64,000 bases of DNA from a virus (lineage: Duplodnaviria > Heunggongvirae > Uroviricota > Caudoviricetes), in the IMG/VR virus record IMGVR_UViG_3300015365_000054; one strand, 5' to 3'. Below the pieces are notes generated by a model. The model was not told the DNA's origin. It saw only the letters and a list, made by a program, of their open reading frames with translations, and did no database searches. Position 1 is the first letter of the stretch, and every line of letters begins with the position of its first letter. Below, one piece after another: positions 47,387-55,480 of this stretch. A program made the translations under genes and the position numbers.

Positions 47387-47728
47387 TTATTTAATGTTTC
47401 TTTTATCATATGGCGATAATTCTTTGATTACGGATTTAGCCCTATCAATATCACCCTGTATGGCTAATTGACAATGATCCTTTTCCATCCAAGAAAGGAA
47501 TGTTGACATGGCTTTACCCCATCGCTTTCCTTTTGTTTCAGCAACTCCGGCTCTTGCCGAAATAGTTATTCCCACTGTGCCGCCAGTAATGACGTTCCAA
47601 AAAACATCAAATGCCAATGCGATATAGCGACTAAATGTATAATTGCCCGAGAAAATACCAGCAATTACCATTAATATAGTGAAAACAGTAAACCCAAGCG
47701 TAACGTATGCGATTGTTAAAATATCCAT
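47387..47728 (-). CDS. membrane protein (113 aa, 3 TM)
   Basis: Hydrophobic N-terminal two-thirds. No motif. Confidence 0.4.
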   Translation of the reverse strand: MDILTIAYVTLGFTVFTILMVIAGIFSGNYTFSRYIALAFDVFWNVITGGTVGITISARAGVAETKGKRWGKAMSTFLSWMEKDHCQLAIQGDIDRAKSVIKELSPYDKRNIK

Positions 47729-47851
47729 GAATATCCCCCGTTAAGTACTAGGGATATTTATTCTTTTTTATCTTTTCTCTCAAAATAATTACATTTATCT
47801 GACCAATACATATATATCCCATAACAACAAAATATAAAAAATGCTTCTGCT

Positions 47852-47995
47852 TCAACGATCATCATTGATAACGTAAACATCTTTTTCGGATTTGTGGTGT
47901 GTTAGGCAATATACAGCTGGTAGTATTAAAAATAATATAAGAATACAAAATCTTTTGATGATAAACATCATAGCCTGTTTTTGATATTTGTTCAT
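47852..47995 (-). CDS. small membrane protein (47 aa, below the ORF-track cutoff), paralog of 47992..48258
   Basis: Minus-strand ORF MNKYQKQAMMFIIKRFCILILFLILPAVYC.... Its N-terminus MNKYQKQAMM matches MNNYQKQAMI of the next gene. Confidence 0.3.
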   Translation of the reverse strand: MNKYQKQAMMFIIKRFCILILFLILPAVYCLTHHKSEKDVYVINDDR

Positions 47996-48258
47996 GATTT
48001 CTCTGCTCTCAATTTTTCATCTCTACTCTCTAGTTCTTTTGATATCCTTACCCAATCACTGTATAGCATAGGAACAAATGTTAACCATGTATATACCATA
48101 GCTCCAACTATCCATACGACAAAAAGAGGAATAGCCCAAAAACTTAGATATATCAAAACAATTGTTGCAATAAACACATTCAATATGGATACACCAAGTA
48201 GAATAATACCTAACTTTTTAGCTAAGATTATCATAGCTTGTTTTTGATAATTGTTCAT
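47992..48258 (-). CDS. small membrane protein (88 aa, 2 TM)
   Basis: Hydrophobic helices and an acidic or basic coiled C-terminus. Shares its N-terminus with the 47-aa paralog. Confidence 0.4.
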   Translation of the reverse strand: MNNYQKQAMIILAKKLGIILLGVSILNVFIATIVLIYLSFWAIPLFVVWIVGAMVYTWLTFVPMLYSDWVRISKELESRDEKLRAEKS

Positions 48259-48518
48259 TCTTCCTCTTCTTTAAGAATCAATTTCATTTCATGAATACGC
48301 ATTGTATTTCTGAAATCACGAATCATTAGTTTAAATGTTAAATACAACGCAAAAGCAAACACCGCCGAGACAGACCAAAGTATAATTCTTTCTGATATAT
48401 GTCTTCCAATAAAATAAATGGCTTTGGTGAACAAATAAATTGCTGGTGAAAGAATCATAGTAGGTATGATAATTTCACCATACAATGTATACCAAAATGA
48501 TTTTGATCTGTTATTCAT
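48255..48518 (-). CDS. small membrane protein (87 aa, 2 TM)
   Basis: Its stop overlaps the next gene's start by 4 nt. The architecture is similar to its neighbours. Confidence 0.4.
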   Translation of the reverse strand: MNNRSKSFWYTLYGEIIIPTMILSPAIYLFTKAIYFIGRHISERIILWSVSAVFAFALYLTFKLMIRDFRNTMRIHEMKLILKEEEE

Positions 48519-48957
48519 ATGTTAACCCCAAATACTGCATCATCCTTCGCTTTACCATTGTATTTGGTATTCGGTGTTTTCTGTTTGTTGGTTCAAACCC
48601 AAGTATAGTACCCACTTCAACTACAGCACCAGACCTGCAAACTCCAGCATGACAATGTACAATCACATCATGCTTATCATCTATTGCAGATGTGAGAATC
48701 TTACACAGATATTCAGCCTGTGTTGGTGTGATTAAATCCTCATATCCACACTTATACAAAACAGATGATTCCCAAGTATCATTGGTGACATCTGATTCAT
48801 CAGCATCCAAAAATTTGAGCTGATACACTTCCTTGAATTTTTTCTTTGGAAAAGGATGACCAACACCCGGATCTGAAATTTGGATCAGGATGGCATTAGA
48901 TGAATCAGAATGATTCCCTTTAATAATATCATCTCTTGATACATTTTCAATGAACAT
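48511..48957 (-). CDS. dual-specificity protein phosphatase (Cys-based, CX5R)
   Basis: VIVHCHAGVCRSGAV is the HCxxGxxRS catalytic P-loop. 148 aa. Confidence 0.8.
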   Translation of the reverse strand: MFIENVSRDDIIKGNHSDSSNAILIQISDPGVGHPFPKKKFKEVYQLKFLDADESDVTNDTWESSVLYKCGYEDLITPTQAEYLCKILTSAIDDKHDVIVHCHAGVCRSGAVVEVGTILGFEPTNRKHRIPNTMVKRRMMQYLGLTYE

Positions 48958-48994
48958 TTAATTTTATTTCCTAGATAATTCAATTTCAAAAATA

Positions 48995-49219
48995 TTATTC
49001 GATACCATATTCTTTTTTCATATCCCCAAGTTTACTTAGATATAACATTCGAATCCAAGCACCAAGAAATACAAGACCAAGAATTGAACTGGATACAAGC
49101 TGAACTGTTATGTCGCGAGAACAAACCATAATAGCAAAATTAGAAAACATGAATATGAAACAGAATGCTTCCCATATGGTTTTCTTGAGTGCCTTTTTCT
49201 TAATGGCTACGACATCCAT
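48995..49219 (-). CDS. small membrane protein (74 aa)
   Basis: Two hydrophobic segments. Confidence 0.35.
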   Translation of the reverse strand: MDVVAIKKKALKKTIWEAFCFIFMFSNFAIMVCSRDITVQLVSSSILGLVFLGAWIRMLYLSKLGDMKKEYGIE

Positions 49220-49695
49220 TATTCAATACCCAATGCTTCTTTTGCTACTCTCTCAAGAAAAGCAATATACGTTTCACCGGAAGACCTATCTTCTAAATAT
49301 GCATTATATAATGCGCTGTGTGGATTACCAACTTCACTAAAGTAGTTATTTGGATCAGCGTTTAGATCAAAGTAGATGGCTTCCTTTCCTCGGTAATATC
49401 CTGCTTCACGGGCTGATAATACCGGATTGCCTTTGTTGTCGTAATAGTTTGATGATTCAAATTGCTTATTATAATCATCAAATTGTGTATAATCAAAATA
49501 CACACAAATACAATCGCATTCAATCGTAATGTTTGTGATGTTTGCTCTCATTCCCTTTTCAGCATAACACTCCATGTAGCGTATCTCGTTGGTGAACTCA
49601 ACCGTAATCGGCATCTGACGGGTGCGAAAATCCATCAAGTCGAATCCAGATTCCAATTCGCGGAATGTATTTGGAAACATCACATCAATCCTCAT
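49219..49695 (-). CDS. hypothetical protein (158 aa)
   Basis: ORF preceded by a strong promoter. Confidence 0.4.
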   Translation of the reverse strand: MRIDVMFPNTFRELESGFDLMDFRTRQMPITVEFTNEIRYMECYAEKGMRANITNITIECDCICVYFDYTQFDDYNKQFESSNYYDNKGNPVLSAREAGYYRGKEAIYFDLNADPNNYFSEVGNPHSALYNAYLEDRSSGETYIAFLERVAKEALGIE

Positions 49696-49711
49696 AATTC
49701 AGTATATGGCG

Positions 49712-49739
49712 ATTATACAGGAAACAATATAGAAGTCAA
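49712..49739 (-). promoter_or_regulatory. sigma70-type promoter (TTGACT-16 nt-TATAAT)
   Basis: Minus sense TATTGACTTCTATATTGTTTCCTGTATAATCGCC, about 17 nt upstream of the ATG at 49695. Confidence 0.55.
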
Positions 49740-49748
49740 TAGATAAAT

Positions 49749-50000
49749 TCAGGAATTGGTACCAATACGATCAATTCTATCATGCAGATCATTTATCTGT
49801 GCCTGTAAAGTATCAAATGAATACTTTATGTCAGAAACCTCTGCATCATGTGCGTATTTCAGGTTACATAAAATCTCGGCGGTGCTGAGACGATCCGGAT
49901 CAAATGGTAGATCACCAACCTTTTCATTTATTTTGGCTTCTACCCATTCCAGCATGATGTCGAAGGATGTCTGTACTGGTGGATTTGTATTTTTGCTCAT
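49749..50000 (-). CDS. hypothetical protein (83 aa)
   Basis: ORF only. Confidence 0.35.
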   Translation of the reverse strand: MSKNTNPPVQTSFDIMLEWVEAKINEKVGDLPFDPDRLSTAEILCNLKYAHDAEVSDIKYSFDTLQAQINDLHDRIDRIGTNS

Positions 50001-50006
50001 GATATA

Positions 50007-50234
50007 TTATTCCGATATAACATCATCTTCGATAACACTCAACATCATTTTCTTCATATCTTCAAAGCTTTTTTGAAGGTCAATGAGGAATTTCCGTTTT
50101 GATCTAAATGATTCATTACCCTTCATATTCGAAAGCGTCCCGTTTAGGGGTTTAAGATCTTTCAGTGCATCATCACAAGCCTTAATTACAGACTTGCAAT
50201 ATGCATTCATTGAGGTTCTTTGTTCTGGTGTCAT
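50007..50234 (-). CDS. hypothetical protein (75 aa)
   Basis: ORF only. Confidence 0.35.
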   Translation of the reverse strand: MTPEQRTSMNAYCKSVIKACDDALKDLKPLNGTLSNMKGNESFRSKRKFLIDLQKSFEDMKKMMLSVIEDDVISE

Positions 50235-50254
50235 ATGTGCTCATTATGTAATGA

Positions 50255-50342
50255 TGGCGGGTAGTGAAGGATTCGAACCCTCGTGGCTGTTACACCCATC
50301 TGATTTCAAATCAGCGACAATTGGCCTCTCTGTCAACTACCC
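50255..50342 (-). tRNA. tRNA-Ser (anticodon TGA), class II
   Basis: Acceptor GGGTAGT/ACTACCC, discriminator G, encoded CCA. Anticodon loop TTTGAAA, long variable arm, T-loop TTCGAAT. Confidence 0.75.
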
Positions 50343-50389
50343 ATAATCTTAGTGTATATTATTTATGATCAAATGTACAGCATTATTTT

Positions 50390-50479
50390 CGGAAGATGTA
50401 GGATTTGAACCCACAAACCATTTTTCAATGATCAAACAACTTTCGAAGTTGCGCGGCTCACCAATACCGTAGATCTTCC
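50390..50479 (-). tRNA. tRNA-Ser (anticodon CGA), class II
   Basis: Acceptor GGAAGAT/ATCTTCC, discriminator G. Anticodon loop TTCGAAA, long variable arm, T-loop TTCAAAT. CCA not encoded. Confidence 0.65.
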
Positions 50480-50484
50480 ATATA

Positions 50485-50931
50485 TTATTGCATAAATTCC
50501 GGAACTTGTCTATTTTTCCAGTGAGCAATATGCCCCTTATGTAATTTATAGTATTTTCGGTATGATTCAATAACATTATTAGTTTTACAATCATCTGGCA
50601 TTGCTTGTGCAAATGTAGTCAATTCCCCATCAGGAATGTTGTCTGGTGGTGATGTCAGTTGTTCGATTATAGCCTGACACTTATGCACTTTACCATATCT
50701 ATGCGTATATTCCTTACACAATGCAATCCCCAACTCAACCAACCAAGAATAATTTGATTTTGTTGATCTCGCCCATATAGTGCATGGGTGATTCCGATGT
50801 GTAGGTTTATACGGACCGCCACAAATCGTACTCAACATTTGTGCTGTCTCCAATGGCATCTTAACCACATGCTTATCCATGTGCATCTGTGCTGATATTA
50901 CAGGATCTTTATCTAATACAAATATGTTCAT
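50485..50931 (-). CDS. possible pyrimidine-dimer DNA glycosylase (DenV-like)
   Basis: 148 aa. N-terminus MNIFVLDKDPVISAQMHMDKHVVKMPLETAQML follows the pattern of the T4 endonuclease V N-terminus ([24 protein letters not shown]). Resemblance is weak and from memory. Confidence 0.3.
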   Translation of the reverse strand: MNIFVLDKDPVISAQMHMDKHVVKMPLETAQMLSTICGGPYKPTHRNHPCTIWARSTKSNYSWLVELGIALCKEYTHRYGKVHKCQAIIEQLTSPPDNIPDGELTTFAQAMPDDCKTNNVIESYRKYYKLHKGHIAHWKNRQVPEFMQ

Positions 50932-50945
50932 AATTTAGTGTGTAA

Positions 50946-51020
50946 TGGTGCGGATAGTGAGAATCGAACTCACATCTAAACGTTGGCAACGTCCAATAAT
51001 AGCCTTTATACCATATCCGC
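50946..51020 (-). tRNA. tRNA-Gly (anticodon GCC)
   Basis: Acceptor GCGGATA/TATCCGC, discriminator A, CCA encoded. Anticodon loop TTGCCAA, T-arm GTGAG-TTCGATT-CTCAC. Confidence 0.65.
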
Positions 51021-51033
51021 ATAATAATGTAAA

Positions 51034-51122
51034 TGGCAGAGGATAGTGGAATCGAACCACAGCCAGTTTCCCAACTATCTTGATTTCCAATCAAGCGCAG
51101 ATGCCAAACTGCAATATCCTCT
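51034..51122 (-). tRNA. tRNA-Ser (anticodon GGA), class II
   Basis: Acceptor AGAGGAT/ATCCTCT, discriminator G, CCA encoded. Anticodon arm CTTGA-TTGGAAA-TCAAG, long variable arm. Confidence 0.65.
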
Positions 51123-51124
51123 AC

Positions 51125-51199
51125 TGGTGCCCAAATAAGGAATCGAACCTTAATCTCATTCTTACCAAGAATGTATACTTACCATTGTAATATATGGGC
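51125..51199 (-). tRNA. tRNA-Thr (anticodon GGT)
   Basis: Anticodon arm CATTC-TTGGTAA-GAATG, T-loop TTCGATT, CCA encoded. One acceptor mismatch. Confidence 0.6.
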
Positions 51200-51204
51200 A
51201 ATGA

Positions 51205-51627
51205 TTACCTAATACCGATTAAAACAGCGTGATCATAAATGAGTTCACAGTCTGGCATGTCAACAACATATACACATGGTATCATTTTGGTCGAATCATT
51301 TCTTCTACCTTCAAGATTAAAATAATTACCTTCCCACATAACATTTCTATAACAATGTATTGTTGCTGTGTCATTATGACTGAAGTTGATCGTGCATCCC
51401 CTAATCAGTCTATTACCAATATAAGATGGTATTTCTATGGAGTTGTGGATATGATATATCTTACCATCAACTAATTGATTATAGGTGATATCATTCAACA
51501 AATCATTTTCATTTAGTTCTCTGGTATATTGATTCGTTTTGGGTAAAATCCGTAAATTTTTAGCTGCCACAGGAAATGCAACCACCGAAGCAATACCCAA
51601 TCCAAGCAAAAAATGTCGTCTATTCAT
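51205..51627 (-). CDS. secreted protein with a twin-arginine (Tat) signal peptide (140 aa)
   Basis: N-terminus MNRRHFLLGLGIASVVAFPVAAK matches the Tat consensus (S/T)RRxFLK followed by an AxA-like cleavage site. Confidence 0.45.
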   Translation of the reverse strand: MNRRHFLLGLGIASVVAFPVAAKNLRILPKTNQYTRELNENDLLNDITYNQLVDGKIYHIHNSIEIPSYIGNRLIRGCTINFSHNDTATIHCYRNVMWEGNYFNLEGRRNDSTKMIPCVYVVDMPDCELIYDHAVLIGIR

Positions 51628-51644
51628 AACAAATTCCTCGTATT

Positions 51645-51717
51645 TGGTAGCGGGCTAGGGTAACGATCCCTATTCGACTTAGGCTTATGAGACCTAGCGG
51701 TGCCATCACAACCCGCA
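51645..51717 (-). tRNA. tRNA-Met/fMet/Ile2 (anticodon CAT) with an unpaired 1-72 position and an atypical T-loop ATCGTTA
   Basis: Acceptor TGCGGGT/GCCCGCT with T-T at 1-72. Anticodon arm TAGGT-CTCATAA-GCCTA, T-arm TAGGG-ATCGTTA-CCCTA, CCA encoded. The 1-72 mismatch suggests an initiator. Confidence 0.5.
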
Positions 51718-51721
51718 AAAC

Positions 51722-51796
51722 TGGTGCGCAAAGAAGGACTTGAACCTTCATCCTCGGTTTCGTAAACCGAAATTCTCTCCATTGAACTATTCGCGC
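51722..51796 (-). tRNA. tRNA-Arg (anticodon ACG)
   Basis: Acceptor GCGCGAA/TTTGCGC, anticodon arm TCGGT-TTACGAA-ACCGA, T-loop TTCAAGT, CCA encoded. Confidence 0.75.
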
Positions 51797-51801
51797 AAAA
51801 T

Positions 51802-51876
51802 TGGTTGTGGCGGTCAGACTCGAACTGACACATAATCCCCTATGATGGGATCTTTCTACCATTGAACTACACCACA
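51802..51876 (-). tRNA. tRNA-Met or Ile2 (anticodon CAT)
   Basis: Acceptor TGTGGTG/CGCCACA, D-arm AGTTCAATGGTAGAA, anticodon arm ATCCC-ATCATAG-GGGAT, T-loop TTCGAGT, CCA encoded. Confidence 0.7.
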
Positions 51877-52093
51877 ATATTATTTATTTAAACAATACAT
51901 ATCCGGCATCAGATGGGAAGGAACTTCCCCAATCCATAATTTTCTTAATATCGTCCGCTTCACTTGCACCATCTACTTGCCCAACATAGTACTTGTGACT
52001 AAAATCATCACAAATTACCTTAACAATGCCGACATTACCATGTCCCGCACAAAACCACTTTACACCAACAAATGATTGCATATATACCTCTTG

Positions 52094-52167
52094 TGGGTTT
52101 ACTGAGATTCGAACTCAGATCATACTGGGTAAGAGCCAGATATAATAGCCATTATACGATAAACCCA
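52094..52167 (-). tRNA. tRNA-Lys (anticodon CTT); the anticodon assignment is tentative
   Basis: Acceptor GGGTTTA/TAAACCC, T-arm CTGAG-TTCGAAT-CTCAG. Best anticodon parse is a 4-bp stem with loop CTCTTAC. Confidence 0.5.
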
Positions 52168-52181
52168 AATTAATTGCAAAC

Positions 52182-52400
52182 TTAAACTCCAAAATGGTCA
52201 ATAATTCTCGCAACTGCTTCATATGCCACACCATTTTCGTCTTTCCTAATTTGTGCAATGCATTCATTCACAATCAATGCGGTGAACTTTTGTAAATCTT
52301 CTTCTTTATAGAACTTGACAGAGGTTGACATACCTTCCCACCATCCAGGGAAGAATTCTCCACCAGCCTGTTCAGCCAATACTTTAATTCTTTCATTCAT
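52182..52400 (-). CDS. hypothetical protein (72 aa)
   Basis: ORF only. Confidence 0.3.
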   Translation of the reverse strand: MNERIKVLAEQAGGEFFPGWWEGMSTSVKFYKEEDLQKFTALIVNECIAQIRKDENGVAYEAVARIIDHFGV

Positions 52401-52581
52401 ACATCACCATCAACTTCTAAAATCAACTCGAAACCAAACGCCAGTCGCATCACACCTTTCTTCAGCATCAGCAAACTGATCTGCTTCGGGGACATTATCA
52501 AACTCCGCCACATCCTTTTCCCAAGTTTCATAACCATCGTTAAAGCATCTGACCACAACCCACGTCATTTCAATCTCCTGA

Positions 52582-52827
52582 TTAAACACAACCTTCTAAT
52601 AACTGACTGACCCAGATCGATTTAGTATTATCGACCAACGTCCCGTCACTGGTTGCAACTTTAACCTTAACAACACGATCTGGTTTACCAAATCTCTTAG
52701 AAACATCTTCTAGTGATAGAACTGTAGAGACGTAGAAGAAAGCATCCCCATACCAACCTTTGCGTAAACTGCTAGTGAATATATCACCAACTTTCACGTT
52801 TAAATAATTTGGGTTATTTGCTGGCAT
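52582..52827 (-). CDS. hypothetical protein (81 aa)
   Basis: ORF only. Confidence 0.3.
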   Translation of the reverse strand: MPANNPNYLNVKVGDIFTSSLRKGWYGDAFFYVSTVLSLEDVSKRFGKPDRVVKVKVATSDGTLVDNTKSIWVSQLLEGCV

Positions 52828-52908
52828 TTCTCTCTACCTCAATTCACTATAGAATCATTATACACGAAAAAAGTAAAAAAGCAATAGAAAAATTAGACAA
52901 ATTTAAAA

Positions 52909-52984
52909 TGGCGACCCCGCAAGGATTCGAACCTCGATTTTACGGCTTTGGAGACCGATGTAATAGCCATTATACCACGGAGTC
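52909..52984 (-). tRNA. tRNA-Trp (anticodon CCA)
   Basis: Acceptor GACTCCG/CGGGGTC (one G-T), discriminator G, CCA encoded. Anticodon loop CTCCAAA on a 4-bp stem, T-loop TTCGAAT. Confidence 0.6.
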
Positions 52985-53075
52985 ATAGTGCTAGGACTCG
53001 AACCTAGTATCGTAATGCGATTTCACGTAGGGCAACGTAACCTTCCTACGCCTTACCATACAGCTGGAGGCACAT
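52985..53075 (-). other. tRNA-like element: canonical T-arm (CTAGG-TTCGAGT-CCTAG) without a resolvable acceptor stem
   Basis: Perfect T-arm at 52991..53007 abutting tRNA-Trp. No complementary 5' acceptor strand within 120 nt. Possible pseudo-tRNA or a fold I could not resolve. Confidence 0.3.
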
Positions 53076-53108
53076 TTGATAGCAAAATCCTGCCACTGTA
53101 TATATTTA

Positions 53109-53183
53109 TGGTGTGACATGCAGGATTCGAACCTACATCAAGAGTTTAGGAAACTCCTATTCTATCCATTGAACTAATGTCAC
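53109..53183 (-). tRNA. tRNA-Arg (anticodon CCT)
   Basis: Acceptor GTGACAT/ATGTCAC, anticodon arm GGAGT-TTCCTAA-ACTCT, T-loop TTCGAAT, CCA encoded. Confidence 0.65.
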
Positions 53184-53186
53184 AAT

Positions 53187-53606
53187 TTATCGCCCACATT
53201 TGGTGGCTATTTCCACTAGATTGGGTGTTTCCAACACTGTTCTACTTGCTAAGAAACGGGTATCTGAAGAGTCACCATCTATCCTAACCCAAATGTATTC
53301 TGATGGTTTGGGTTCGATGTATTTAACCACGCCACGGCTGATTCTCTCGAATCCATGAAAAATACCTACTCTACTACCGATATTAACAGTGTCAATCTCT
53401 AAAATGGTTTTTAATTTGGCTGTCAGGATATTTTTCTGTATTGGGGATGATGTAGCATCATCAACACATACACCAATGATCATTTTTGTATATTCCTTTA
53501 GATCAAAGTTATCACACTGAGAACACGAATCAAAATCATCTTCTTGCCACCCAGCCTGTGCTGCTATTTTTTCCCATCTATTCATAATATTCATAACCTT
53601 ACTCAT
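53187..53606 (-). CDS. hypothetical protein (139 aa)
   Basis: ORF only. Cys pair CSQCDN near the N-terminus. Confidence 0.35.
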   Translation of the reverse strand: MSKVMNIMNRWEKIAAQAGWQEDDFDSCSQCDNFDLKEYTKMIIGVCVDDATSSPIQKNILTAKLKTILEIDTVNIGSRVGIFHGFERISRGVVKYIEPKPSEYIWVRIDGDSSDTRFLASRTVLETPNLVEIATKCGR

Positions 53607-53626
53607 AATCTACCTCTATATTAAAT

Positions 53627-53710
53627 TGGTGCGAGTGGTCGGACTCGAACCGACATGATTTTCATCGACGGATTTTAAGTCCGTTGCGTCTACCATTTCA
53701 CCACACTCGC
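53627..53710 (-). tRNA. tRNA-Leu (anticodon TAA), class II
   Basis: Acceptor GCGAGTG/CACTCGC, anticodon arm ACGGA-CTTAAAA-TCCGT, long variable arm, T-loop TTCGAGT, CCA encoded. Confidence 0.75.
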
Positions 53711-53711
53711 A

Positions 53712-53930
53712 TTATGCATTAATTTTCTTTACAAATTTATCATATAGGATTTTAAGTTTAATTTTAATTGTCTGATCCCTATCAACCAAGTACGTGATGG
53801 AATTACCTGTTTTTTCTATCACGTAATAATTTTTAACTATGTTACGAAATGTTTCATCTTCCACAAAATACATGTATAACAAATCCCAGCCTTCCGGTGT
53901 GATATTTTCAGCTTGTAATTCTTGTATCAT
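53712..53930 (-). CDS. hypothetical protein (72 aa)
   Basis: ORF only. Confidence 0.3.
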   Translation of the reverse strand: MIQELQAENITPEGWDLLYMYFVEDETFRNIVKNYYVIEKTGNSITYLVDRDQTIKIKLKILYDKFVKKINA

Positions 53931-53939
53931 AAATCCCCC

Positions 53940-54272
53940 TTAGAACATTGTTCTTATTTCTATTCCATATTTGGATGGTCTGATATAAGTGTTTCCTAAC
54001 CAGACACCAAGTGATGCTCCAACAGCATCAGCCAACAAATCGCCCTTTGAAAATATGTTGTTATGTTGTCTTGAATCAATAATTTCTTTGATAAGACCAG
54101 ATGCCATAGCAACACCAAAAGCAGCATATTTGTTTTCTATCAGTGTCCCTGATGCAGCACCTAATAATAGGGATACACCAGCATGATAGTTTTTGTCAAC
54201 ACCATATGTATCCGTCTCTGCTGCAATGGCTGTTGATGATAAAAGTAACAATAAAATATATAATGTTTTCAT
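53940..54272 (-). CDS. small secreted or membrane protein with an N-terminal signal peptide and a Gly/Ala-rich hydrophobic core (110 aa)
   Basis: MKTLYILLLLLSSTAIAAE signal peptide. Gly-zipper-like segments GAASGTL and GVAMASG. Confidence 0.35.
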   Translation of the reverse strand: MKTLYILLLLLSSTAIAAETDTYGVDKNYHAGVSLLLGAASGTLIENKYAAFGVAMASGLIKEIIDSRQHNNIFSKGDLLADAVGASLGVWLGNTYIRPSKYGIEIRTMF

Positions 54273-54478
54273 ACAGTGATGTTATTGACGAATGAATCCA
54301 ATACTTCCATTTTAAATCGGTTACATCCAAAACTATCTTTCTGATTGTCCATTTCATATCTATCCGAAGTAGAATATGCCTCTCTTTCATCAGTATGAAT
54401 GGAGACAACATCTATTGTATCATCTATTATATCTCGACGTATTACAACATATAACATTTTAACATTTATGTCCATCAA
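54269..54478 (-). CDS. hypothetical protein (69 aa)
   Basis: ORF only. Confidence 0.25.
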   Translation of the reverse strand: MMDINVKMLYVVIRRDIIDDTIDVVSIHTDEREAYSTSDRYEMDNQKDSFGCNRFKMEVLDSFVNNITV

Positions 54479-54499
54479 TAAACCCTCATGATATTAAAT

Positions 54500-54577
54500 T
54501 GGTCGGGTATGCAGGATTTGAACCTGCAACCTTCTGCTCCCAAAGCAGACGCACTACCAAGTTGTGCTAATACCCGA
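54500..54577 (-). tRNA. tRNA-Pro (anticodon TGG), copy 1
   Basis: Acceptor (T)CGGGTA/TACCCGA, anticodon arm TCTGC-TTTGGGA-GCAGA, T-loop TTCAAAT, CCA encoded. Confidence 0.7.
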
Positions 54578-54586
54578 ATTTCAAAA

Positions 54587-54662
54587 TGGTGCAAGGTCCA
54601 AGATTTGAACTTGATTCTTACCGTCTTCAGCGGTACGCTATGACCACACCAGCTCACCTTGC
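54587..54662 (-). tRNA. tRNA-Phe (anticodon GAA)
   Basis: Acceptor GCAAGGT/ACCTTGC, anticodon arm TACCG-CTGAAGA-CGGTA, T-loop TTCAAAT, CCA encoded. Confidence 0.8.
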
Positions 54663-55297
54663 AATATTCTTTTGTATTCTGCTTTCTCAACAATTACTAT
54701 TTTTTTATCCGGATGCTGTTCCATTACAGCCTCCATTTTTTGCTTATCATTTCCCCACCAGTATCCTTTAATCTCAAGATAAACATTAAATCCAGAGAGA
54801 TAGAAATCTGGAGAGTAAGATCTAATTTTACCATTTAATACATACTTTATCAAATCTGTATTGGTTTTTGGTTTGCTCCAGTCAATTCCCATTTCGTTTA
54901 ACTTTAATGCTATATTGTATTCCCATGTACCTTGTACCTTAATACCATTAACATCAAACCATTTACATTTTCCGCCACGATTTTTTATGGATTGTTCTTC
55001 GCTTAATTTCAAGCGAGCTGATTCCCCCATACGATTGATTCGATATGTGCCGTTTTTAACTTTAGTTTGTAGTGTATCTGAAACTGCTTTGGCGTGTCTT
55101 GCTACAGCATCACTAGTTTCTTTTGTTAATCCTTTATTCCACGCAGGAACCCCAACTGGGTGACCAACTTTACCTGGTCTATTTGCACGTTCTTCTTGCA
55201 TTCGTAAACACTTTGATTGATGATCTTTATGTCTAGTTGATACAATAGATTTATTACAATGAATACAATTTCTATAACTCTTAATATACATGGGCAT
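54638..55297 (-). CDS. putative endonuclease: N-terminal Zn-finger plus C-terminal PD-(D/E)xK-like domain (possible free-standing homing endonuclease)
   Basis: CIHCNKS...H..H..C finger and a C-terminal YSPDFYL...NVYLEIKGYW (D...E-x-K) motif. The 3' end overlaps tRNA-Phe by about 25 nt, so the true stop may differ. Confidence 0.3.
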   Translation of the reverse strand: MPMYIKSYRNCIHCNKSIVSTRHKDHQSKCLRMQEERANRPGKVGHPVGVPAWNKGLTKETSDAVARHAKAVSDTLQTKVKNGTYRINRMGESARLKLSEEQSIKNRGGKCKWFDVNGIKVQGTWEYNIALKLNEMGIDWSKPKTNTDLIKYVLNGKIRSYSPDFYLSGFNVYLEIKGYWWGNDKQKMEAVMEQHPDKKIVIVEKAEYKRILQGELVWS

Positions 55298-55368
55298 ATC
55301 TCCTCTACACCAATGTATTTATTATTCAGTGCTAATCCATCTCAGCTAAGTTGGCAAATAAACGACTT

Positions 55369-55447
55369 TGGGGTGACTGGTGGGACTTGAACCCACAAAA
55401 ATCCAAGGTCACAGCTTGGGATGTCTACCAATTCCATCACAGTCACC
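55369..55447 (-). tRNA. tRNA-His (anticodon GTG) with an encoded G-1
   Basis: 8-bp acceptor G-1 plus GTGACTG paired with CAGTCAC plus C73. Anticodon arm CCAAG-CTGTGAC-CTTGG, T-loop TTCAAGT, CCA encoded. Confidence 0.8.
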
Positions 55448-55480
55448 CCAAAGTCGTCTAATTATAAGATAACACACCAG

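Noticed and set aside
51620-51877. 85-aa ORF (and the similar 51624..51833, 54475..54693, 50349..50612, 57915..58163 and 55421..55615)
   Set aside because: They overlap well-folded tRNA genes on the same or opposite strand. The tRNA interpretation explains the sequence better.
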